From a virus, in IMG/VR virus record IMGVR_UViG_3300009164_000064, positions 8,526-72,525 of that record: a stretch of 64,000 bases of DNA; one strand, given 5' to 3'. Below, one piece after another: positions 18,108-28,000 of this stretch. Under the pieces are notes generated by a model. That model searched no databases. It saw only the letters and a list, made by a program, of their open reading frames with translations, and had not been told where the DNA came from. The position numbers and the translations under genes are program-made. Position 1 is the first letter of the stretch; each line of letters opens with the position of its first letter.

Positions 18108-19165
18108 TAGTTATTCTCATATAGATTAATGATGAAACCAAAATCTGTATTGGATTGAATTGTATTATAATTCTTAAGATTATATGTTGGAATTCTTGCA
18201 ATACTTGTAATGGTTCCTGATGCACCAGAAGTTGCACCAAAAACGGTGTTTCCAACACCAAGTGATCCATGAACAGTACTTGTGTTTACGTGTGTAGAAT
18301 TTCCATCCTTCATATATATGAAGTTTGCAGTATCAAGATATACTTTTTCAGTTTGAATGAAATTACCAGCAACACCACTTAGTCTATATTGGAAAATAGC
18401 ATTATTTGAATTTGCTGGCTGACCATTAGCATATTGAGCAGGGAAGATTTCTAGTCTTGTACCTGATGGCGAGTTGTTCTGTGTTGCATATTCCATAAGA
18501 ACATTACCTGGTGGGATACTGATATTTGCATCAATTTCCTTGATGATGCCAGTATTTGCAGAGATTGATGGACCAAAGAAGTATCCCTTGAGGGTAAAAT
18601 TCAATGTCCAGATGATGGCTCTGCGATTCATGAAGTCGCCTTCATATGTGTCTTCACAAACAATATTATCTAGTGTGATAGGAATATCATGCTTGATACC
18701 CATCTCTGGAACAAGATTGAGGGTTGCAGACCACATAGGATTGAAGTATGGGAGAATTTGTTCAATAATGTATGTACCGTCTTCAGCATTCTTTACCATG
18801 ATCGATAGTGTCATGTCGATATTGTATGGCACTGGCATATATTGATAAAGAACTCCTGTAGGATCGCTTGGATCAGGAGCAGTTATCTTATTTGTCATTG
18901 GAAGTTTTCTGGTGGAATCATAAGTTACACCAGTAATTTCAAATGACATACGTGGAAGTTGCGTAGCAATAGGACGATTTAGATCAGGGTTGCCATCAAG
19001 ACGTGCAAGAAACTTCTCACGAGGACCATAGTTTAATGGTACCTTCATGTTCTGAATAAGATTGCCGCCACTATCATATCTCTTCACCCAAATGTTGTTG
19101 AACAGGGTGCCAAAATAAATGATGTACTTTCTTAGAGTACCGTGACCAAAAGTATATCCAAACAT
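18107..19165 (-). CDS. 15: Tail sheath stabiliser / terminator gp15 (with C-terminal extension)
   Basis: FGTLFNNI, KVPLNYGPREKFLARL, LPRMSFE and IIEQILPYFNP. Confidence 0.95.
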   Translation of the reverse strand: MFGYTFGHGTLRKYIIYFGTLFNNIWVKRYDSGGNLIQNMKVPLNYGPREKFLARLDGNPDLNRPIATQLPRMSFEITGVTYDSTRKLPMTNKITAPDPSDPTGVLYQYMPVPYNIDMTLSIMVKNAEDGTYIIEQILPYFNPMWSATLNLVPEMGIKHDIPITLDNIVCEDTYEGDFMNRRAIIWTLNFTLKGYFFGPSISANTGIIKEIDANISIPPGNVLMEYATQNNSPSGTRLEIFPAQYANGQPANSNNAIFQYRLSGVAGNFIQTEKVYLDTANFIYMKDGNSTHVNTSTVHGSLGVGNTVFGATSGASGTITSIARIPTYNLKNYNTIQSNTDFGFIINLYENN

Positions 19166-19830
19166 TAGACGTTACCTTGACTGAAAGGATCGACATTGGA
19201 CCAATCTATAATTCCAGCGCCTTCTTGCTGAAACTCTACGTTTGTCTCAAATACATCAAGCATAGCATTTTCATATGCATTATCATTTGTGACATTTGCA
19301 ACGCTATACTTCTCTTCGATTGCATCAATCTCAGCATTACCCGTACTGAAACGCTCATTTGAGTATTCCCATACATCACAAGAAATATCCCAAATCTGTA
19401 GCTCTCCCATTTGATAGAAGATAGCAGTCTGATTGACATACTTAATGACAAACATCTTTTTCATCATTGTTGAATAGACAAGATCACCTTCACGTGGTCT
19501 TTGAATATCTGGACGCTGTGCTGCAATCTCGTTACCAAATGATCTACGTGCAATGCTGAAGGTAGCACTATCACGCACTTCAAGATTAAACTTGGAGAGG
19601 AATTGACCATCACCTTCATAGCTGTCGAATGACTTGATATACATGTCAAACTCAAATACTTCATTGTATGTTGATAGTTTATCTTCACCGTAGATATCAT
19701 CTTTGGTTACGAGTGTGCGTGGAAGATAATAGACTGTGTGTCCATAGATAGAAATGGATTCGACAACAAGAGACTCAATAAGGTCTTGTTCGCCATAATT
19801 ATTGAAGTTGTCGAAATAAACGCTTGGCAT
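19165..19830 (-). CDS. 14: Neck protein gp14
   Basis: EQDLIESLVVESISIYGHTVYYLPR, RPREGDLVY and NVDPFS. Confidence 0.95.
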   Translation of the reverse strand: MPSVYFDNFNNYGEQDLIESLVVESISIYGHTVYYLPRTLVTKDDIYGEDKLSTYNEVFEFDMYIKSFDSYEGDGQFLSKFNLEVRDSATFSIARRSFGNEIAAQRPDIQRPREGDLVYSTMMKKMFVIKYVNQTAIFYQMGELQIWDISCDVWEYSNERFSTGNAEIDAIEEKYSVANVTNDNAYENAMLDVFETNVEFQQEGAGIIDWSNVDPFSQGNV

Positions 19831-19833
19831 GAA

Positions 19834-20577
19834 TTATCCAACCATATCTGAAACAGGAAGTGAATAACTTGAAATCATTTCTGCTTCCATTTTTTCAATT
19901 TCAGCCTGAGCATCATTGAAAATCTTTTCTCCATTAAACTGTACACCACCGGGTAATTGCATACCAGTAAACTTAGTAAGATTTGATCCCCACTGATACT
20001 TGATCTTAGCTGTGGCATAGTTTTGAAGCCAACGATCAGACCAAACTTGTGTGTATTCGTTTGGATCAACAATCTCATAGGCTTCGACTAGAAGATATTC
20101 ACCAACATTAGTTTTTTTCCAATCCATATCAACATACAGACGATCCTTGTGTCGATTATAGCGAATTGGCTGTTGACCAACAAGCAACTCTGCAATAAGA
20201 GAAAGGTGTTCCATGGCCATATAGTATGGAACCATAGAAACGCTTGTTAATGAATAAAGATCGTTTAGAGCAATCTGATATCTAATATTAAAAAGATCAT
20301 CCGAACGAATGCTAGGATCAGCAATAGGAAATACTCTTACCGCACCAATGATATTTTCTGGTAAAGTAATGTATTTGTCTGCTACGTTATTTGCAGTTAT
20401 TTGCTGCTTGTAGTAAATCTTCTCAGTACCATCAAAGTGATAATCCCAATAATAACGAAGAGTTTCATCAATACGATCATCCACTTGATCATCATCGACA
20501 TTAATTTCGATTACTGGCTTACCAAGCTTACGTAAGCAATATTCTTTGAATTCTGGTCTTGTTGTTGGAACTGCCAT
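19834..20577 (-). CDS. 13: Neck protein gp13
   Basis: YCLRKLGKPVIEINVDDDQVDDRID and QWGSNLTKFTGMQLPGGV. Confidence 0.96.
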   Translation of the reverse strand: MAVPTTRPEFKEYCLRKLGKPVIEINVDDDQVDDRIDETLRYYWDYHFDGTEKIYYKQQITANNVADKYITLPENIIGAVRVFPIADPSIRSDDLFNIRYQIALNDLYSLTSVSMVPYYMAMEHLSLIAELLVGQQPIRYNRHKDRLYVDMDWKKTNVGEYLLVEAYEIVDPNEYTQVWSDRWLQNYATAKIKYQWGSNLTKFTGMQLPGGVQFNGEKIFNDAQAEIEKMEAEMISSYSLPVSDMVG

Positions 20578-20605
20578 TGCTTAATCCTACTTGGTTTTCT
20601 TATAT

Positions 20606-21430
20606 TTATTCGAATGTATATCCGAATGTTTCCAAATCTTCAGCATATCTCTGTGTTATCAGATCATATGCTTCATTGGTGTATTGAGTTTTATAGTCAT
20701 CAACCGTTGCACTATTAATTTTTGTATCGTATAACTTGAACTTTTCGAAGTCTCCACCAATGTTATTGCAGATTGTCTCCATGGCATTTGTTCTGCCTTC
20801 ATATTTAAAGACATTGCACACGACTGAATTACTCTCATCAACAAAATAAGATTTCTGTGTTCGAATATTACTATTTGGCCATACAACCGTATCACGAATA
20901 TTGATAACCCAATCACTAAATGAAGTGCCTATGTTCAATTTTCTTTCATCAAAAACCAAACTGTTCATTTTGACCATTAGACTATAGAGGCTATATTCTC
21001 TGTCATACGGATTTCTAACAAATCCAAAAACATAAGGATTTGTTAGTGAAATGTGTTGAGCGATTTCAATGTAGTTAGAATGCCTACTTCTTCTTTCTGG
21101 TATGTCTGATGGTATTCTCAGCGTCTTTCCTTCACAACATTTGTTTAAGAAAAGACTCAATCCAGTACCACTTGTTCTTGGATTATGGATGAATATATAA
21201 GGATTTTCTTCTCTATAAATGGCATTTCCAGTAATTGCAGCCGCAAAAGTTTCATTTTGTCTATTGAAAAAATTAATTGCTGCTTCGATATTTTCGTCTT
21301 TCAACAGAATACCATTATCATCACAAATTGCAGGAATTGAAAAGTTTACTTCTTCGTATTTACTACGAATAGTTCCTTTAAAATGACCTGAGCCATCAGC
21401 AATAAGACTATAATTTAATACTGTTGTCAT
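20606..21430 (-). CDS. Sulfotransferase family 2-like protein with a ~70-aa N-terminal extension
   Basis: FIHNPRTSGTG (5'-phosphosulfate loop) and FGFVRNPYDREYSLY (3'-phosphate motif); C-terminal YAEDLETFGY typical of this family. Confidence 0.8.
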   Translation of the reverse strand: MTTVLNYSLIADGSGHFKGTIRSKYEEVNFSIPAICDDNGILLKDENIEAAINFFNRQNETFAAAITGNAIYREENPYIFIHNPRTSGTGLSLFLNKCCEGKTLRIPSDIPERRSRHSNYIEIAQHISLTNPYVFGFVRNPYDREYSLYSLMVKMNSLVFDERKLNIGTSFSDWVINIRDTVVWPNSNIRTQKSYFVDESNSVVCNVFKYEGRTNAMETICNNIGGDFEKFKLYDTKINSATVDDYKTQYTNEAYDLITQRYAEDLETFGYTFE

Positions 21431-23877
21431 GTAAATGTTACCACTTTTGTTGCGCCAGTAAATACATTTGATTCACTTGTGAACCAAAGCCAAGATGTTG
21501 ATGTTCCGCCTGAATAAATAGCATCAACTCGATTGAAAGCTGTATTACCAACAGTCATTGTGGTCCAGTTATTTGATCCTGAACCATTTGCTGTAAATGT
21601 AACAGTATTACCGGCATAAAGTTCGTTATACTCAAAATACAAAGATTTAATTGCAGCACCAGAACTCACATTGAATGTTCCATCACTGATTGAGCCATAT
21701 GTAAAGTTTACTGTATCATATCCATAATAATATTGGTTATATGGAAAATAAAATGTTCCATATACAGTAGAACTACCAATAGTAACGGTCTGAGTATCTA
21801 GAATAGCTTGTGTACCGTAGAAATTACGAAGACTGATAGTTCCGCTTGATGGTACAGAACCATATGTTCCAGTTGTATTAGCAGCGACATATGTACCACC
21901 AGCATAATATTCATTTATACTGATTGGGACACTACCACCAAATATTTGCTGAATATTGTAGAGCGAAATCGATCCATTAGCAGTGTATTGTGGAAATGCG
22001 TATGGTACGTACTGGATGATTACAGCACCAGCAGCACCATTACCAGCAGCAGTAGTTGGACTACCACCACCGCCGCCACCGCCGCCACCACCAATAAATC
22101 CACCAGCAGCGCCCACACCAGCAGCAATACCACCACCACCGCCGCCACCAGAACCATATAAAGTTCCACCAACTGTATTTGCAAATTCTACTCCAGCGCC
22201 ACCAACGGTAGCACTAGCAGTAGCTGTAGTTCCACCAAATCCACCAGAACTTGAGGCGGGTACTAAACCATCAAAGCCAAGACCACCAGTTCCCTGTAAA
22301 CCAAATCCTAAGTTTGGTCCATTTACGCCACCACCTTGACCACCAACATAACCATATATATTGATACTTCCAATCTTGCCAACACCACCATCACTTAAAA
22401 TAGAAGCACTCGAACCACCGCCACCGCCACAAGTAGCAGCAGTTCCAATACCATTACCACCAGCACCACCACTTTTCTTTGTGGTTCCTACGCCAGATGC
22501 AGCAGCACCGCCAGAGCCACCAGCCCCACCAGTACCAGCAGTTCCTCCACTACCACCTTTTGCAAGAACACCATCGGTAGATGATGATGGTACTGATGCA
22601 GAAACTCTACTCACCCAAGTATCACCACCAGAAGCACCAGAAGTATTATTTGCAGTAGCACCAGAACCACCAGCGCCAATTGAATAGTAAAGAGTGTTTC
22701 CGCCTGATAAGCCACCAATTAAATTCATGTCGGTCACACCAGATAGTGCACCACCGCCACCACCTGCACCGCCACCAAAAGCAGCACGAGCACCACCACC
22801 ACCAGCACCAAATGCCATGATAGTAGCGCCGCTATTAGTCCAATCATTTGGAACAGTCCAAGTTGATCCTGAAGTAATAACAACAGTTTTTATTTTTGGT
22901 AATGTTGTGTATGTAACAATGATACCACCGGAACCACCAGCCCCGCCATTAGCACTGGTAGAAGCACTAGTAGCAGAACCACCGCCACCGCCACCACCTG
23001 AACCTAGCATATCAGCAGCACCACCAGAATTAGGAGTAGAAGTTGATGTTCCACCACCACCACCGCCGCCGCCTGAAGTGCCAATTACACCACTAATTGT
23101 GCTAATAACTCCAGTGTTAGCGCCACCAGCGCCGCCCATGCCAGCATTTGTGCCACTGGTAGAACCACCGCCACCACCACCGCCACCGCCTAGTGTTCCA
23201 GCAAAACCAGCACTAGTAGCAGCACCACCAGCAGCAGTACCAGCAATAAGATTTTGACCACCAGCACCACCTGACGTTGACGTAGAGGAAGTACCAGCAG
23301 TTAGGTATCCACCGCCGCCGCCACCACCATAGCTTGATGCAGCACCACCAGCAGAACCAGTATATTCATTACTACCAGCAGAACCGCCACCGCCACCACC
23401 ATGAGAAGTTGATGTACCACCAGCGCCGCCTGATTTACTTATAACATAAAAGCCATTAGCAAAATTGCCACCTGCACCACCAGTGCCATTTGAAGCACCA
23501 CCACCACCTGATCCACCTTTAGCAAGTATGCCAGTATTATTTGATGTTGGTGGAGTATTAGTTGAGGTACTTGTAGAAGTATTCCAATTTACCCAAGTAT
23601 CACCTCCTGCTGCACCATCAGTAGAATTTGATGATGCACCAGCGCCACCAGCGCCAATAGAATAATAGATAGGTGCGCCTGGCACTGCTGTAAATGATGA
23701 TAATGACACAGCACCACCGCCACCGCCACCGCCACCAGTTGCAGAAGTTCCGCTAGTTCTTCTACCGCCACCACCGCCACCACCATAACAGTAGATAGAC
23801 ATTAAAGTAGTTGAATCATAGTCAGTAGGTACTTGCCAGACAGTTCCGCTACGTAGAAAGATATATTTTGTTGCCAT
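21427..23877 (-). CDS. Glycine-rich fibre adhesin-like protein
   Basis: Two tandem glycine-rich domains (SGTVWQVP.. / SGSTWTVP..) with many GGGGG runs, plus a C-terminal SISLYNIQQIFGGSVPISINEYY...GTISLRNFYG module. Confidence 0.75.
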   Translation of the reverse strand: MATKYIFLRSGTVWQVPTDYDSTTLMSIYCYGGGGGGGRRTSGTSATGGGGGGGGAVSLSSFTAVPGAPIYYSIGAGGAGASSNSTDGAAGGDTWVNWNTSTSTSTNTPPTSNNTGILAKGGSGGGGASNGTGGAGGNFANGFYVISKSGGAGGTSTSHGGGGGGSAGSNEYTGSAGGAASSYGGGGGGGYLTAGTSSTSTSGGAGGQNLIAGTAAGGAATSAGFAGTLGGGGGGGGGSTSGTNAGMGGAGGANTGVISTISGVIGTSGGGGGGGGTSTSTPNSGGAADMLGSGGGGGGGSATSASTSANGGAGGSGGIIVTYTTLPKIKTVVITSGSTWTVPNDWTNSGATIMAFGAGGGGARAAFGGGAGGGGGALSGVTDMNLIGGLSGGNTLYYSIGAGGSGATANNTSGASGGDTWVSRVSASVPSSSTDGVLAKGGSGGTAGTGGAGGSGGAAASGVGTTKKSGGAGGNGIGTAATCGGGGGSSASILSDGGVGKIGSINIYGYVGGQGGGVNGPNLGFGLQGTGGLGFDGLVPASSSGGFGGTTATASATVGGAGVEFANTVGGTLYGSGGGGGGGIAAGVGAAGGFIGGGGGGGGGGSPTTAAGNGAAGAVIIQYVPYAFPQYTANGSISLYNIQQIFGGSVPISINEYYAGGTYVAANTTGTYGSVPSSGTISLRNFYGTQAILDTQTVTIGSSTVYGTFYFPYNQYYYGYDTVNFTYGSISDGTFNVSSGAAIKSLYFEYNELYAGNTVTFTANGSGSNNWTTMTVGNTAFNRVDAIYSGGTSTSWLWFTSESNVFTGATKVVTFT

Positions 23878-24008
23878 TACTTCTTATCTTCGCTTTTTGG
23901 TTGATATTTACATTCGTAAATTTTTCGATAAGTTTTTTCTAGAGCAATCGTGCTCCAAAATTTATTATCTATTTCTTTTATATCTTTGTCATACAATTTT
24001 TTAGTCAC
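23877..24008 (-). CDS. Small hypothetical protein (43 aa), not in ORF track
   Basis: GTG start reads MTKKLYDKDIKEIDNKFWSTIALEKTYRKIYECKYQPKSEDKK; overlaps the upstream stop (GTGACTAA) and the downstream start (TAATG), filling the gap exactly. Confidence 0.65.
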   Translation of the reverse strand: MTKKLYDKDIKEIDNKFWSTIALEKTYRKIYECKYQPKSEDKK

Positions 24009-24903
24009 TGATCACTCTTCTATATGCCTTGACAGTAATAATTTCTTTGGTATCGTAATTGAATGTGATGCCATACGTCCATGTAAAACCAGGCTTATCT
24101 TCAACAGAAGTATATGGAATATTATGATGTGCACAGAAATCAATAATTTGATTTTCAGGAACAGTACAATAGCAATCAATGTATGGTTCTACGGTGCCAT
24201 CAATACGATGAAGTCTTGCAAAGAAAGCATTTTCAATATTTGGAATTACTGGTAATAAAGAAGCATCAAGTGATGTTCCTTTAAATACTACTTTCAACAT
24301 AATTTCTTTTGTGACGATATTATGCTTTAATCCGTACCAACAGTACATATCTGGATACATCTCTTCAGTAACTTGGTACTTGGCTAGAAGTTCCTTTGAC
24401 GGAAATGCCATTTCATACCAACTGATAGATTCATTTGTGTATGGAGGTCTATATCCATCATATGTACCAATAAAGTTTGTTGAAACACTTTCAAAATCTA
24501 CATCAGAATCTGGAAAATTTTCTTTGAGTAGTGCTAAAACAGGTGCCGCTTCTGGTATAGAAATAGAAATATCTTCACGAACCATAACACCATTAACATA
24601 CACATGATCGTGAATTTTAGCAGCTTCAGGATTTGCAGAAAAGGCTTGATTAATATTATCGCCAATAGTTGTAACATCAACCTGCACAGGCTCTGGAAAT
24701 GGTTGTGGATTAGGATTATAGAATTCCGTACCATTCCAAACCCATCCTATATCACAAAATTTACCATCAGAAACGTCAACGAGATAGCATCCGTTTTGAG
24801 CAGGTTCAGTTGGTGGAGCAACAATGATGTTGACCACTACATTATCTTCAAGACGTACTACGGCTGAACGATCATTCACAATTCCACCAAATTGATATTC
24901 CAT
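24001..24903 (-). CDS. Hypothetical fibre-associated protein (two-domain)
   Basis: N-terminal VVVNIIV...CDIGWVWNGTEF module common beside phage fibre genes, then a Pro-rich linker and an unrecognised domain; GGAG RBS. Confidence 0.7.
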   Translation of the reverse strand: MEYQFGGIVNDRSAVVRLEDNVVVNIIVAPPTEPAQNGCYLVDVSDGKFCDIGWVWNGTEFYNPNPQPFPEPVQVDVTTIGDNINQAFSANPEAAKIHDHVYVNGVMVREDISISIPEAAPVLALLKENFPDSDVDFESVSTNFIGTYDGYRPPYTNESISWYEMAFPSKELLAKYQVTEEMYPDMYCWYGLKHNIVTKEIMLKVVFKGTSLDASLLPVIPNIENAFFARLHRIDGTVEPYIDCYCTVPENQIIDFCAHHNIPYTSVEDKPGFTWTYGITFNYDTKEIITVKAYRRVISD

Positions 24904-24937
24904 GTTTTATATTCTCCAAATATATTTCTATATCTAT

Positions 24938-25054
24938 TTATGCCTGAGCTTCTGACCATCTCAAAAGAACGTGACCCTGAGCAGTACCTGTTGCATTATT
25001 GGCAACTGGTACTGAAATTGCAGATATTACGCTTTTCAATGTAACGTCAGCCAT
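24938..25054 (-). CDS. 38-aa mini-ORF, possible internally deleted relic of a large virion protein gene; not in ORF track
   Basis: AGGA RBS, then ATG overlapping the upstream stop (ATGGCTGA); reads MADVTLKSVISAISVPVANNATGTAQGHVLLRWSEAQA-stop. Confidence 0.6.
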   Translation of the reverse strand: MADVTLKSVISAISVPVANNATGTAQGHVLLRWSEAQA

Positions 25055-28000
25055 TGTCCTGTTCCTTATTTATTAATGCTTTAACAAGTTCTTTCAACTC
25101 ATCAATCTGTGTCTGTTGATCCTTGATTGCTTCAATAAGAAGTGGTACAATGCGATCATATCTAACTGTTAGATAGTTTTCGCCTGTCTTGCTTCCACCA
25201 TCCTTACCAATATCAAATGGAGCACGTGCAACAGCATCTGGAATAATCTTTTCAATTTCCTGAGCAATAACACCATGTTCGTGGATTTGACCGGGAATAA
25301 AATCATATTTATCACAAAGTTCCTTATCCCAATCGAAGGTATAACCACCAATTTGTTGAATTTTCTTGATAGGTTCTTCAATTGGAGTAATGTTCTTCTT
25401 CAAACGTCTATCTGAAGAATATGCAGTGATGTTTCCTGTGTGTGTCAATCCAGTTGTATTAGCAGACATGTAGTTGGTTGTACCACCATACCATTTAAAC
25501 TGTTCAGTATTAGTTTGAGTACCAAACCACATAGTACCGCTTTCAACACCAATAGCCATACCAGCAGATGATGCACTGATGCTATCGTAAATAACAAGCT
25601 TTACGCCAGCACTATATGAAGTGAATGCAGGAGCAGCAACACCACCAGCACCCCACATGATACGATTTGAAGTAGCATTTGAAAAAACAATAGAATTTGC
25701 ACCAACAGATGATGTAATTGTACCTGTCATAGTACCACCAGCAAGTGGTAGCTTAGTAGAGTCTGTCGCACTAGCAGCAGAAGCAACACTCAACTGGTTT
25801 TCATTTTTACCATAGGCATATGTCGCATTATTAGCAGTAAATGTTGTACCAGTTCCTGTTAATCCTGTACCAGCACCAGTAAAACTTGTAGCACTAAATG
25901 CACCAGTGTATGTAAGAGCACCAGTTCCCGCTCTACCTAACTTACTAGTTGAATCGGCATTACCAAATATAATATATCCATTATTTGCACTTTGCTGTCC
26001 TCTAATAGACATTGTATCGGCAACATTAATATCACCAATCCAAACATCATCACCAACTTTAAAATTTGTACCACTACCATTATTAGTTGCAGCTACAGTA
26101 TCTGCCGTTAGTGTTGTAAAAGCACCAGTGTTTGCTACTGTTGAACCGATAGCACCAGCAGTTTCCCATCTTCTACTAGCAAGATATGAAGCATTGTTGG
26201 CAGCGCCTGTAATATCAATACCCCACGTACCAGAAGCATTAGTACCTGTTGTTGATGGAGCACCCACTGTGTTATAGCTGATCGTTACAGCAGCAGAACC
26301 ATTAAATGTATTACCAGATGCTGCACCAGAACCGCCGTTATTAAATGTAACAGCGTTTGTTGTATTACCACTACCAGCAGAAACTGATCCCCAGAATACA
26401 CCGCTGCCATTTGAGGTCAGAACAAGGCCATTAGCACCCAGAACGCCGTTAGCATAAATACCGCCCTTAAAGTTGGTATTGCCATTTAATACAGTGTTGG
26501 CAGAAGCAGTCAATGTAGTAAATGCACCAGTATTTGCTACTGTTGAACCAATGGCACCAGCAGTTTCCCATGTACGACCTTGTAGATATGTCGAGTTATT
26601 AGCTGTTGCAGCAGTACCACTCAATGAGGCAGCAGTGGCAACTGACAACTGACTTTCCTGCTTACCATATGCATATGATGCACTATTTGCATAGGTTGCA
26701 TTATTAGCAGTTAAAGTACCAATCGTTGATGTATCGACAGTTCTTGTCCACGATCCACCATTATGTGCTTTATACCAAAGACCATTGCTATCTGTTCCCA
26801 TCAAAGAGAACCCTCTTGTAGCGACATCACCAGCACCCATACCAAACCAATAACCAATGGCTGTCATACCTGATGGAACATTTGTTGAGGATGATATGTT
26901 AACAAATCTTGTTTCATATAGTGATGGCTGAGTGTTTAGATCATATCCATAATATGTTCTACCACCATTCATTGAAGCATATGAAATAACTTGACCAGCA
27001 GTTGCTGTTACCGTATTAGCAACACCGCCAGATTGGTTTGTAGTAAGAGTAGTGAAAGCACCAGTGTTGGCTACTGTTGAGCCGATAGTACCAGCAGTTT
27101 GCCATGTTCTGTCTTGTAAATAATTTGCATTATTACCAGATGCGCCACCAGCAGAAACTGATCCCCAAAATACAGATGTACCATTTGATGTTAGGACAAG
27201 TCCATTAGCACCAAGAGAATTATTAGCATATATACCACCAGCAAAAAAGCTGTTACCATTATGAACAGTATTTCCAGAAATAGTAAGGATAGTAAACGCA
27301 CCAGTGTTGGCTGTTGTTGCGCCAATTGGTCCTTGGAAACCCGCACTTCCTATTGTTGCCCAAGAGGTTAATGCAGTTGAATCGCCTGTTTTTTGACCAA
27401 ATACTATTGAATCTGATGTATTTGGAACACCGAGTTGGAACCCTGCATTCGTGATTGCCAAACGCAAAGTTGTAGTAACGCTGTCGGTAAACTTTGCTAT
27501 AGTACTGCCATTGGTTGTGGCAGTTGGTCCTACAAAAGTAGGAACATTCGATAGTACCATACTTCCGGTTCCAGTGACCGAATTGGCTAAGGCAACACCC
27601 GCATATGTTAGAGCGCCATTCAGAGCAGTGTTAGCAGAAGCAGTAAGAGTTGTGAATGCACCAGTATTAGCTACTGTCGAGCCAATCGCACCAGCAGTTT
27701 CCCATGTTCTTGCTTGTAAGTATGTTGAGTTGTTTGCAGTTGCAACAGTGCCACTTACTGATACAGCAGACGCAACACTTAGCTGACTTTCTTGCTTACC
27801 GTAAGCATACAACGAGTTATTCGCTGTAGTTGCAAAAGTAGCATTGGCCGCTATAGAAACTGATAACTGGCTTTCCTGCTTACCATATGCATATAGTGAA
27901 TTATTTGCAGTTGTTGCAAAAGTAGCATTGGCAGATGTAGAGATTGAACCCCAGAATACAGATGTTCCGTTTGAGGTCAGAACAAGGCCATTTGCACCTA

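Noticed and set aside
7130-19700. Numerous 60-120-aa alternative-frame and antisense ORFs within gp23-gp14
   Set aside because: Fully nested in highly conserved core genes; explained by codon bias.
1-20577. Introns, inteins or homing endonucleases in core genes
   Set aside because: Core genes have ordinary lengths and continuous motifs; no GIY-YIG, HNH or LAGLIDADG ORF seen.
21946-23665. Plus-strand proline-rich ORFs (PPPPP runs)
   Set aside because: They are the antisense shadow of GGT/GGC glycine codons in the 816-aa gene and have no RBS or promoter.
23950-24867. Plus-strand ORFs 23950-24255, 24311-24607 and 24604-24867
   Set aside because: Antisense to the coupled minus-strand 300-aa and 43-aa ORFs; no promoter or RBS support.
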